A DNA stretch of 32,000 bases from Candidatus Thorarchaeota archaeon (GTDB lineage: Archaea > Asgardarchaeota > Heimdallarchaeia > Hodarchaeales > Hodarchaeaceae), in contig JBHLRO010000002.1 in the NCBI GenBank assembly GCA_048882505.1, forward strand, positions 330,001 through 362,000. Direction: 5' to 3'. Below the pieces are notes generated by a model that was not told the origin of the DNA, did no database searches, and saw nothing but the letters and a program-made list of their open reading frames with translations. Below, one piece after another: positions 1 through 8,570 of this stretch; position 1 is the stretch's first letter, and each line of letters starts with the position of its first letter. A program made the translations under genes and the position numbers.

Positions 1-570
1 AACATCGATTTGACTCCATATTCACAATTAATCATCAAAGTTAAAGATCCTGAGAATGTAGGTCAGTTAGAAATATTAAGAGATAAAATTCTGGAAAAGC
101 TTGATAATGTAAGGTCAATCGAATTTTTCTATGATTATCGTTTGTCTCTCAACATTGTTATGGGAGTATTCAATGCAGTAGTAGGGGTTTTTCTTATTAT
201 TTCATGCTTGATTGCAGGCACTTCTGTTTTTACCACTATCTTCATCAATTTCCAGGAAAGGAAACGGGAAATCGCTACCATGCTTTCCTTGGGTTTATCT
301 GATCGTGAATTCCTAATGATGATGACATTGGAAAATATTGTGCAAGCCATCGTTGGGATAATTCTCGGAATCCCCATCGGTTTATGGATGGCAAGTTGGC
401 TGCTGGATAATGTAATTCGGGTGTTTTACTTCCAGATTCTTATTCATCAAAGCACCTGGATCCTGTTATGGGGTGGAGTCCTCCTGGTTGTATTAATGTC
501 CCAACTTCCGGCAATCAAGCACAGTATTCAAATGGATTTAACAGAAGTAGCGAAAGAATTAACAACTTGA
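1..570 (+). CDS. FtsX-like ABC transporter permease, C-terminal part (5'-truncated by the window edge)
   Basis: Frame 1 is open from base 1 to TGA at 568-570. It has the typical FtsX/MacB signature 'INFQERKREIATMLSLGLS...MMTLENIVQAIVGIILGIPIG' and several hydrophobic helices. Confidence 0.85.
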   Translation, partial: NIDLTPYSQLIIKVKDPENVGQLEILRDKILEKLDNVRSIEFFYDYRLSLNIVMGVFNAVVGVFLIISCLIAGTSVFTTIFINFQERKREIATMLSLGLSDREFLMMMTLENIVQAIVGIILGIPIGLWMASWLLDNVIRVFYFQILIHQSTWILLWGGVLLVVLMSQLPAIKHSIQMDLTEVAKELTT

Positions 571-677
571 TTTCGGATTTCTTTTCTGACCTGTAACTTC
601 AAAAACCCGTGTCCATCAAGGAAGCTTTGAAAGCAATTGATTCGTGTTAAACTATTTATTCAAAAATATAACTTGAG

Positions 678-2198
678 GTGATAAAAATATCATTCACTGG
701 CTTTTTGAATGGCTATTGTCGGAAATATGGCACCTGGCTTATGTTTATCCTTCCAATAATCATTCTGTTTTTCATGCTGACGGGAAACTTTGAACCTGGA
801 AGGGGAGAACTAGCTATTGCGGGCATTTTCTGGGTAGCACTAGTTCTAAACGCGATCGCTTTTAGTCTTCTCGGATTTTTAAATCATAGGGCGTTTTCTA
901 ACGAAACAAAACGAAAAACCAATGAGGGATTTCCCATTGAGAGTTTAGAAGGTTTTTCTTCTGTTTCGGGATACGTTTCTTCAACTCGTGCCTCAACCAC
1001 TCTGATCACGATTGTTGTCTTCCTTTCGTTGGCTTTGTACCTTGTGGCAATTTCAGTTATCCCCACGTTGGAGCAATTATTGGTTTTATTTCCCGGATTA
1101 GCCGATTCTCTTCCAGCGGATCTTGTTGACAACCTTAAAACCCTCTTAAGACCCGTTATTCTGTTTTCCGCTTTAGGCTTGGTATTAATTGCGCTGGGAA
1201 TACTATTGATTCTTGAAATCCCCGAAAAACCAGCTTTTGAAGTAGGAGCGTTTTTGAGAGTTTTTCAACCTCGTGTAACGCCACTCAGTCTTGATAATCT
1301 TCTTTCTGATAGTATTCAAGCATTTCTTGATCCAATTACGAAAATGCGTTTTGATGAATGGACGGATTCAATCGCTATGGCATTACGCAAGGATTTCGAA
1401 CCTTTGCTCCCTCCACAAACCAGAATGGAACGGGCCCGTGAAAAAATACTTCTGTTGTTCTATTTGCGAAAGAGAATGCCTCTCCAGCTGCCAACAAAAG
1501 TTTTCGAGGATGAACTTACAGAAATCATTCGGGCGGAACACTTGAGAAGTCTTCAGGAAGGGGAAGCCTCAGGAATTAATTTTTCAGTATTTAATGAGAT
1601 CTTTGATCGCCTCCATAAACGAATCCCAGAGGTATTCGCCACAATCGACCGTTTGATAATAGAACTTACCGACAATCTTGCTAATTTTATGGAAAATGAA
1701 GATATCTGGGTTTCGATTTCTGCCCCTGTAAAGGTAAGTGGAAATCGGCATCCATTTCGAATTTTAGCGTTTGCACTGAATCGAAACACGATGGAGTTTA
1801 GCCAAAAGAAAAGGCCCGTTACTTTTCACTTACAAGGTGCCCAGAATTCCTTTATGGAGAGGATTGAGTACGTCTTTTCGTTGGATGAAGCAGAACGTAT
1901 AGACATTGCAGAAACTCAGCTTCCTTTCGTAAGTTCAAAGGGGAATGACATAATTGGAATTTTAAGCCGTATTTTGCAGATAGGTGACGCGGTTTGGTTT
2001 ACTACGTCTCGAAGTGCATTTAGATCTCATATCTTTCATCTGTCCATATCCGAAAAGGGACGAGGAGCCATTTTTGGCGAAACAATCAAAATTGATCTAG
2101 TTAGAGATCTTGGATTCTACATACGGGCATATGGTGGACGTCTAAGCGCGTTGACAGGAGTGATTTTGCCCTTTTTCTCATTTCTATTCCCATTTTGA
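678..2198 (+). CDS. Hypothetical polytopic membrane protein (about 5 N-terminal TM helices, large soluble domain, hydrophobic C-terminal tail)
   Basis: 506-aa ORF with hydrophobic segments in aa ~20-180, a soluble helical then beta-rich region, and the tail LSALTGVILPFFSFLFPF. The start is uncertain because the GTG lies inside a GAGGTGA SD-like motif. Confidence 0.8.
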   Translation: MIKISFTGFLNGYCRKYGTWLMFILPIIILFFMLTGNFEPGRGELAIAGIFWVALVLNAIAFSLLGFLNHRAFSNETKRKTNEGFPIESLEGFSSVSGYVSSTRASTTLITIVVFLSLALYLVAISVIPTLEQLLVLFPGLADSLPADLVDNLKTLLRPVILFSALGLVLIALGILLILEIPEKPAFEVGAFLRVFQPRVTPLSLDNLLSDSIQAFLDPITKMRFDEWTDSIAMALRKDFEPLLPPQTRMERAREKILLLFYLRKRMPLQLPTKVFEDELTEIIRAEHLRSLQEGEASGINFSVFNEIFDRLHKRIPEVFATIDRLIIELTDNLANFMENEDIWVSISAPVKVSGNRHPFRILAFALNRNTMEFSQKKRPVTFHLQGAQNSFMERIEYVFSLDEAERIDIAETQLPFVSSKGNDIIGILSRILQIGDAVWFTTSRSAFRSHIFHLSISEKGRGAIFGETIKIDLVRDLGFYIRAYGGRLSALTGVILPFFSFLFPF

Positions 2199-2465
2199 CC
2201 TCATTTATGCTATTAAGAACCATAGTTTTCCCTCCAACTCGTGAATTTGGCCGATATTTGGGATAAATGTGACTCTAATTTGAATATATTCTTCACATTG
2301 TCTCGAGATTATCTTTACACGCAATTAGATGGAACTCTGAGATTCTGGTTTGAAATAAGATAAACTTCTCATAAAATTTTATGCAGAAAACTCTTCAACT
2401 CCCAAGGAACCTAAGTTGTCCCAACCTTGTGCATAACAGCAACTAATCGAGCAATAACGTATATT

Positions 2466-5216
2466 TCAACTTAAAATTCTTAGTTGATCCTCTAGTAGAG
2501 ATTTTTTGATCTCCAGTTCTGACAATTTCCCCTTTTCCCGTTCAACAATTTCAGGAGGCGCCCGTTTCCCGAAAGGACCATTCAGCTTATAAGTGGTAGC
2601 AGAAATATCTTTCGTGATTTTGGTCAAATTTATTTCGATTCGCTGTTTCTCCTTTTCCAAATCTATAATTTCTTCAAGGGGGACATAGGCAGTAATTTCC
2701 GGAAGAACTACCCGTGCTGCCCGCTGGGGAGAATCCAAAATTGATGACATGACTAATTTTTGAGGATCTAGTTTTGCAAGTGCCACAATTTCCTCTCGGG
2801 TTGCTTCAAAGGCTGGCGCATATTCTCCGGGATTTATAAGAAAAGGAATCTTGGCCCCTAGATTCACATTATAGTCCCCGCGAATTCTTCTGATCTCACG
2901 AATTAGCTCCATGGTAAGAAGAAATTCCTTTTCTAGATCAATATCAATGAGGTCATCACGGTATTTTGGCCATTCGGTCACGATCAAGGCAGGTTGAACC
3001 CGTATTGAGTTTGGAAGTCGCTGCCACAGTTTTTCAGTAACGAATGGCATGATAGGATGGAGCAAGCGAAGAGTAGTGTCTAAAACATGAAGTAAAATAA
3101 CCTTGGGAGCGACTTTGACCTCCTCATTGATTCCATGGAGCCGAATCTTGCTGATCTCAAGATACCAGTCGCAAAACTCACTCCAATAAAAGTTTTTTAT
3201 GTCACGAGCGGCTTTTAGGTAATCCATTTCTTCTATGGATGCAGTTACCGATCTGACGGTCTGATGTAATCGCGATAATATCCACTTATCAGCGAATCTC
3301 AGAGTTGGAGCGATTTCATCCAGAGTTGGGAATGTTTCTCCTTTTTGGACATGGCTGAGGACATATTTAGCAGATTGCCAGACCTTATTGGCAAATCGAT
3401 GAGCCGCCTCAAGTTGTCTGGGATCAAGATTGATATCAATACCTGGAATGGTGTTCGATATCAGAACAAAACGTAAACAATCCGCTCCATATTCCTTAAT
3501 TATATTTAATGGATCATATTCTTCCACATCTTCCATAGATTTACTTATTTTCCGCCCTCGTTCATCTCTGATAATTCCATGCAGATATACCGTACGATAA
3601 GGGGTTACTCCTGTTAATTCATTGCCCAACATCATTTCTCGAGCGACCCAGAAAAAAAGGATATCATAGCCAGTTTCCCTGGTATCAGTTGGATAGAATC
3701 GCTGAAAATCTGGGTGTGAGGTGTCCGGCCAATGGAGGGTGGAAAAGGTCCACAAACCACTTGAGAACCAGGTATCCAGAACGTCCTCTTCTTTAACCAA
3801 ATTCTTACTGCCACACCTGGAACATTCAGCAAGTTCGTCCACATTCGGAGATGGGCAGATTTCTTCCGAACAATCTTCACAGTACCATATGGGAATCCGA
3901 TGACCCCACCAGAGCTGACGAGAAATACACCAATCTCTAATGTTTTCCATCCATTGGAAAAATCTTTTTTCCTCCCTCTTAGGAATAATTACTGTTTCAC
4001 CTTTACGGACTTTCTCCATAGCCGCCTCTGCCAGGGGTTTTGTTTTTACGAACCATTGAATTGATACTCGTGGTTCGATCACAGTAGCACATCTTTGACA
4101 ATGGGGTTCTGTATGAACGTATGGTTCTATCTTAACTAGCAGTCCCTCCTGTTCTAGATCTTTCACAATAGCTGTTCGACCTTCCTCCCGTTTCATTCCG
4201 GCGTACGGCCCTGAAACATGTGGAAGTAGACGTGCTTTTTCATCTAAAACTGTTACGACATCTAAATCATGTCTTACTCCGATTTCGAAGTCATTTGGGT
4301 CATGTCCTGGCGTGACCTTCAGAGCTCCTGTTCCAACTTCGGGATCGACGTATTTGTCTGAAAAAATGGGGATCTGCCGGCCTAATATTGGGAGAATGGC
4401 GTTTTGGCCAACAAATTTCGAGAATTTATTGTGATCAGGGGTTGTAGCAACTCCTGTATCCCCTAATAGAGTTTCAGGACGAGTAGTTGCCACAACAATA
4501 AATTCTTTTGCTCCTTTTGCCCAATTTCCACTACCCCATTCTGATTTGGGGCCTTTCCAGGTAGGCGTCAAAACTGGGTATTTTATATACCAGAGATGGC
4601 TTGAAGTGTCCTTCGGTTCTGTTTCTAGATCAGAAATGGCCGATTCGCAACGTGGGCACCAATTGACCATGTATTCGCCACGATAGATCAATCCCTTCTG
4701 ATATAAGCGGTAAAAAGCTTCACGTACTGCTCTTGTACAGACTTCATCCAATGTGAAACGTTCACGGATCCAGTCACTACTCATCCCCATCTTTTTTGAT
4801 TGCTCCGTGATTCGAGCATGATAAATTTCCTTCCATTCCCATACTTTTTCTACGAACTTTTTTCTCCCGAGTTTTTTTCTCTTAATCCCTTGCTTTAAGA
4901 GTTCTCGTTCTACAACGCTCTGTGTTGCAATTCCTGCATGGTCTGTTCCAGGCATGAACAGCGTTTCTTTTTGCTGCATCCGAGCGTACCGGGTCATGAG
5001 ATCCTCAATGGAAATGGTCATCGCGTGACCTTGATGGAGACGACCTGTAATATTTGGCAGCGGTATAGTAATGCAAAATCTGGGACTTGTCTCCCGATCC
5101 ACGAGGCCTAGTTTAATTTGTGTCTCTGGACGAAAAAATTCATTGGACTCCCAGAACTTGTAAATTTCCTCTTCGAATTCACTGGGATCGTAAGCCTTAG
5201 CTAGCTCTTTTTCCAT
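2466..5216 (-). CDS. valS: Valine--tRNA ligase, bacterial-type with C-terminal coiled-coil arm
   Basis: HIGH variant HQGH (5025-5036), KMSKS variant KISKS (3537-3551), GTDHAGIATQ, TTRPET, DWCISRQLWWGHRIP, DVLDTWFSS, FCDWYLE and a C-terminal arm ending APPEIVEREKGKL. Confidence 0.97.
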   Translation of the reverse strand: MEKELAKAYDPSEFEEEIYKFWESNEFFRPETQIKLGLVDRETSPRFCITIPLPNITGRLHQGHAMTISIEDLMTRYARMQQKETLFMPGTDHAGIATQSVVERELLKQGIKRKKLGRKKFVEKVWEWKEIYHARITEQSKKMGMSSDWIRERFTLDEVCTRAVREAFYRLYQKGLIYRGEYMVNWCPRCESAISDLETEPKDTSSHLWYIKYPVLTPTWKGPKSEWGSGNWAKGAKEFIVVATTRPETLLGDTGVATTPDHNKFSKFVGQNAILPILGRQIPIFSDKYVDPEVGTGALKVTPGHDPNDFEIGVRHDLDVVTVLDEKARLLPHVSGPYAGMKREEGRTAIVKDLEQEGLLVKIEPYVHTEPHCQRCATVIEPRVSIQWFVKTKPLAEAAMEKVRKGETVIIPKREEKRFFQWMENIRDWCISRQLWWGHRIPIWYCEDCSEEICPSPNVDELAECSRCGSKNLVKEEDVLDTWFSSGLWTFSTLHWPDTSHPDFQRFYPTDTRETGYDILFFWVAREMMLGNELTGVTPYRTVYLHGIIRDERGRKISKSMEDVEEYDPLNIIKEYGADCLRFVLISNTIPGIDINLDPRQLEAAHRFANKVWQSAKYVLSHVQKGETFPTLDEIAPTLRFADKWILSRLHQTVRSVTASIEEMDYLKAARDIKNFYWSEFCDWYLEISKIRLHGINEEVKVAPKVILLHVLDTTLRLLHPIMPFVTEKLWQRLPNSIRVQPALIVTEWPKYRDDLIDIDLEKEFLLTMELIREIRRIRGDYNVNLGAKIPFLINPGEYAPAFEATREEIVALAKLDPQKLVMSSILDSPQRAARVVLPEITAYVPLEEIIDLEKEKQRIEINLTKITKDISATTYKLNGPFGKRAPPEIVEREKGKLSELEIKKSLLEDQLRILS

Positions 5217-5514
5217 AGTTATCGTGTTTACGGATACTTTAATAATTATTGTCGTATACTGAATCTATCCCAGTAGAAATGGACATTGCTGGGTACTTCA
5301 AAAAACTGGTGATGAAATCTTGGAATTTCATGTACGGAGGGATTGATCAGACTAACATCCCCGAAAATCCAAAAAATGTGCGATGAGCCCAACTACAAAA
5401 TTCTCCAGTCCTTCTTAAAAAGAACAAATGCAATGTTGAAGCGAAACATCATATTAATTTCAATGCCGACAGCAGCTCAATAACTAGACGGTATTATTTT
5501 TAATCATGAACAAG

Positions 5515-5540
5515 GAAAAAAGAAAAAGGGAAAAAATTGG
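5515..5540 (-). terminator. Oligo-T terminator candidate for the histone gene
   Basis: Minus strand reads TTTTTTCCCTTTTTCTTTTT about 15 nt after the histone stop codon, as expected for archaeal intrinsic termination. Confidence 0.55.
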
Positions 5541-5553
5541 TTTAAATAATTAA

Positions 5554-5784
5554 TTATTTGCTTGCTGCCAGCCGAATATCTACTTCTTTGACAGTTCTAC
5601 GTCCTGAGTGTTTTGCAATATCCACTGCATATCGCGAAACATTCATTCCATAGTCGGTTAATACCTCATTCAATCGATAAACCGCATCAGCAGATACACG
5701 GAATGCACCGGCGTCGCGAATCACCTTTTCTACTCGTGCCCTGGCAAAGCCTGACTTCCGTCTTGCTTTAGTTCGTTTGGACAT
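5554..5784 (-). CDS. Archaeal histone (HMf family) with short basic N-terminal tail
   Basis: DAGAFRVS and HSGRRTVKEVDI match the HMfB motifs DAGAERVS and HAGRKTIKAEDI. An AGGTGA SD lies 6 nt upstream of the ATG, with a TATA box upstream and an oligo-T tract downstream. Confidence 0.96.
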   Translation of the reverse strand: MSKRTKARRKSGFARARVEKVIRDAGAFRVSADAVYRLNEVLTDYGMNVSRYAVDIAKHSGRRTVKEVDIRLAASK

Positions 5785-5860
5785 TTACTTTCACCTTTTT
5801 TCCATCTAGTGTGTTGTGGGCCTGTTAAAAGAGCCACAGAAAACAGAAATACCGTCATTA

Positions 5861-5880
5861 TTTATAAATTTTATTTTTTT
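5861..5880 (-). promoter_or_regulatory. BRE/TATA promoter candidate for the histone gene
   Basis: TTTATAAA at 5861-5868 is preceded on the minus strand by an A-rich run, about 77 nt upstream of the ATG. Confidence 0.55.
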
Positions 5881-6292
5881 TCTTCTGAATGGTTTTTCCT
5901 AATATATATCAGTTTAACAGGTGCTCTAAGTAAACAAGAGTTCTATAATATGCTATTAGCCTCCAAATGTCATCTCATGGGTCTTTCAATTAAATGCTGT
6001 TAAATCATACGGTATTTGATGGTGAAAATATAGATCATAGCCATCTTATGAAATCCTTATGCATCCTGAATGAAAATACTGAAGCACGCTGGTTTTTCAA
6101 CCTTTTTAACGAAATAAGAATGTACTAGTACATGATTAACCAAGTGAAATATGCAGGCCACCATTTCCTCGTTTTTATTATATATTGTTTACAAGGATAC
6201 AGTACGAAACCAGACTGGGCACGTTTCCCATGCTGGGCTGCGAACAGCCAATACACATCTCAATCTTGATTGCTACGTTAACTCTTAAAATT

Positions 6293-6307
6293 GAAAAGGT
6301 TAAAATA
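6293..6307 (+). promoter_or_regulatory. BRE/TATA-like promoter candidate for the acidic micro-ORF
   Basis: GAAAAGGTTAAAATA resembles a purine-rich BRE plus TATA, about 40 nt upstream of ATG 6348. Confidence 0.4.
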
Positions 6308-6347
6308 CGGATATATTTGAGCGGGTTTCTTAGTTCATGGTTCTCCT

Positions 6348-6542
6348 ATGTATAAGGACAGGGACAATATTGTGAAAAAGCGTGGTAGATATAAAATGAG
6401 TAAAATTAAACCCACTAAACGGATTATCGAACCAGATGAACATGCTGGGAATGATAAGGAGGAGGATTCTGAGGAGAATTACGATGAGGACGACGATGAA
6501 GATTATTATGAGGATTATGACGAAGATTATATCAGATACTAA
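6348..6542 (+). CDS. Small protein with basic N-terminus and D/E/Y-rich acidic tail (start 6348 or 6396)
   Basis: Stop-free frame with 21 Asp/Glu and 6 Tyr in the last 37 aa. Mixed synonymous codons (GAT/GAC/GAA/GAG) suggest protein-level selection rather than slippage. Confidence 0.65.
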   Translation: MYKDRDNIVKKRGRYKMSKIKPTKRIIEPDEHAGNDKEEDSEENYDEDDDEDYYEDYDEDYIRY

Positions 6543-6680
6543 AACGAATAATGATTAGCTAATAGATATGGGATTGAATCTGATTTTGAACGTAGCTGCC
6601 TTAAAACTAAGTCGGGAGAGTTTGAAATTGGATTTCTTTTAATACTGGCTGTTGATTAGATCTCAATGGTGCGGAATAGT

Positions 6681-6851
6681 ATGGGCAAATCCAAACGAAA
6701 GAACCCTTCACCGAGAAATCCTGATGAATCCAAGAAACAATCGAAGAATAAATGGAGTCGTTTTTCCTTGATTTTTTCACTTTACTCAAATCCTCTCGTT
6801 TTAATGTCAGGGGATTCTTATTTTTTTTCCTATTTCATCATTAGCAAATAA
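6681..6851 (+). CDS. Possible small protein, basic N-terminus and hydrophobic C-terminus (start 6666 or 6681)
   Basis: MGKSKRKNPSPRNPDESKKQSKNKWSRFSLIFSLYSNPLVLMSGDSYFFSYFIISK. Support is the ORF only. Confidence 0.3.
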   Translation: MGKSKRKNPSPRNPDESKKQSKNKWSRFSLIFSLYSNPLVLMSGDSYFFSYFIISK

Positions 6852-7017
6852 TAATCTAAATTCTGGATGAGAAGGTCACTGGACTGAGTCCTGTCGGCTT
6901 AGTTGGTAAAGCAGGAGAAACGTATGAAAAGAATTCAGTACAAGTGGTTACCTCATTCGTTTTCCTTTGGGTATGCCGCTTCGTCGATTCGGGAAATTTC
7001 ATGGATTGTGGTAGTTT

Positions 7018-7179
7018 ATGAAGATGGCAGATAGGAAAGTGAAATCTATTGAAAAGGAATTGCAGATTATTGATAGACATTTGAGGACTATAACTGGTAT
7101 CAAATCTCGTCAGAAATTACTGAAAAGAAAATTAGAACTGAAAGATGAACTTAAACGAATAAAAAAGAAAAAAGGATGA
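7018..7179 (+). CDS. 53-aa basic helical-hairpin/coiled-coil microprotein (DUF465/YdcH-like motif)
   Basis: Hand-translated, below the ORF-track cutoff: MKMADRKVKSIEKELQIIDRHLRTITGIKSRQKLLKRKLELKDELKRIKKKKG. It has a heptad pattern and is followed by a T-rich tract near 7207-7218. Confidence 0.65.
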   Translation: MKMADRKVKSIEKELQIIDRHLRTITGIKSRQKLLKRKLELKDELKRIKKKKG

Positions 7180-7296
7180 CCTTTAGCAAGATAAATGAAG
7201 TTTGGCGGCAATCCACCTTTTAATCTGCTTTTTTTTATATCTGATCGAAATATCAGAAAAAACGAGAAGAATCAGATCTTGAGTTCAATTCATACC

Positions 7297-8376
7297 TTAA
7301 AACCATTTTTTCGTTCGAAAATAGGTTATCATTGTAATTACTACAATCAGCATTAATAATAGTGTCAATGGATAACCAAAAATCCATTCTAGTTCTGGCA
7401 TGTATCTGAAATTCATTCCATAAATTCCTGAAATAACTGTTAATGGAATTGTAATGGTAGCAATGATCGTTAGAACTTTCATTATCTCATTCATTCTGTT
7501 ACTAGTACTAGAAAGATAGATTTCCATCATTCCGTTGATCATATCTCTCAGGATTTCTAGAGTCTCTATGATTTGAACAGTATGATCATAAATGTCACGA
7601 ATGTATCGGCGAGTGTTCATTTGAATCAGGTTTGAACCAGCTCGTTCTAAACGACTCACAACATCTCTTAAGGGCCATATTGCCCTACGCAGATGCAGCA
7701 GATTCGTTTTGAGCTCATAAATGGTATGTAAGGTCTCCGTGTTCGGGTTTGAAATTAGGTCGGTTTCTAACCTTTCAATTCTATTACTAAGCTTTTCCAA
7801 AACCACGAAATAGTTGTCTACGATTAGATCGAGGAGGCTATAAAAGAGATAATCGGAACCTGAGTGTCTGATTTTCCCTTTATAGCTCTTAATTCGGTTT
7901 TTTATTGGATCAAAAAGTTCATTAGGAGCTTCCAAAAACGTAAGAACGTAATTTTTGGTTAGAACCATACTAATCTGTTCTACTGTGATTGCATCATATT
8001 CGGGGAGATAGTCCAGCGTTTTTACGGTGATAAAGATAGTTTCGGTATATTCATCGAATTTTGGTCTTTGATCAGTGTTTAATATATCTTCAATCAGAAG
8101 GGGATCAATAGAAAAAGTGTTACCGATCTCCCCGATTACTCTTATATCATGCAAGCCATCGATATTGATCCAAAAAACTTTTCTTTGCTCTTCAAACCTT
8201 GTAACCTCCCTAATCTCATCTAAACCAATTTCCTCAGAATTATCCTTATCATATCGAAGAAGTGTTAGTGTTGTTTTGTCCGTTTTTTTGCGACCAACGA
8301 ACACGGGGGTTCCTGGAGGCAGCCCTAACTTTTTCGTCCTTCGTTTAATCAATTGTGTCTTTCTTAACAAGCCCAT
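7297..8376 (-). CDS. corA: CorA magnesium/cobalt transporter
   Basis: GMN motif in GIYGMNFRYMPEL, two C-terminal TM helices, EDILNTDQRPKFDEY, and the N-terminal GLPPGTPVFVG. Confidence 0.96.
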   Translation of the reverse strand: MGLLRKTQLIKRRTKKLGLPPGTPVFVGRKKTDKTTLTLLRYDKDNSEEIGLDEIREVTRFEEQRKVFWINIDGLHDIRVIGEIGNTFSIDPLLIEDILNTDQRPKFDEYTETIFITVKTLDYLPEYDAITVEQISMVLTKNYVLTFLEAPNELFDPIKNRIKSYKGKIRHSGSDYLFYSLLDLIVDNYFVVLEKLSNRIERLETDLISNPNTETLHTIYELKTNLLHLRRAIWPLRDVVSRLERAGSNLIQMNTRRYIRDIYDHTVQIIETLEILRDMINGMMEIYLSSTSNRMNEIMKVLTIIATITIPLTVISGIYGMNFRYMPELEWIFGYPLTLLLMLIVVITMITYFRTKKWF

Positions 8377-8432
8377 CTAGGTCCCAAAAATGGTATTTCT
8401 AACTTGATTGTGTATGTATCACCAGTGTGACA

Positions 8433-8570
8433 TTATTTTCCGCAAAAACCTTCAATTTCCGTTCGTAATCTTTCTCTCAGTTCAATGAATCTTGGATTTC
8501 TGGATTCTCTTAGTGCTTGAAAAAGCATCCACGCGTAGTAAAGATCTTGATACGATTCGACTTTTTTCAT
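8433..8570 (-). CDS. 45-aa micro-ORF, or 3' part of a longer TGA-interrupted frame (8433-8771)
   Basis: MKKVESYQDLYYAWMLFQALRESRNPRFIELRERLRTEIEGFCGK, preceded by a GAGGT SD-like motif 7 nt upstream. Confidence 0.45.
   Translation of the reverse strand: MKKVESYQDLYYAWMLFQALRESRNPRFIELRERLRTEIEGFCGK

Noticed and set aside
5279-5386. 35-aa + strand ORF between valS and the histone, extendable through one TGA
   Set aside because: No SD and no recognisable motif; it overlaps the probable valS promoter region, and an ORF this short is expected by chance.
5809-6003. 64-aa + strand ORF upstream of the histone
   Set aside because: It runs through the histone TATA box and poly-T/A tracts, and its composition looks non-coding.
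6206-6249. Short hairpins (GAAAC...GTTTC; GGCTG-CGAA-CAGCC) as a possible tRNA, SRP RNA or other ncRNA
   Set aside because: No cloverleaf, no T-loop or SRP helix-8 motif, and the stems are only 5 bp.
6460-6540. GAN/TAT triplet run as a microsatellite or CRISPR-like repeat
   Set aside because: There is no fixed repeat unit or spacer structure; it is better explained as coding for Asp/Glu/Tyr.
6881-6921. Hammerhead-like arrangement CTGAG-stem-GAAA
   Set aside because: The core reads CUGAGUC, not CUGANGA, and stems I and III are not evident.
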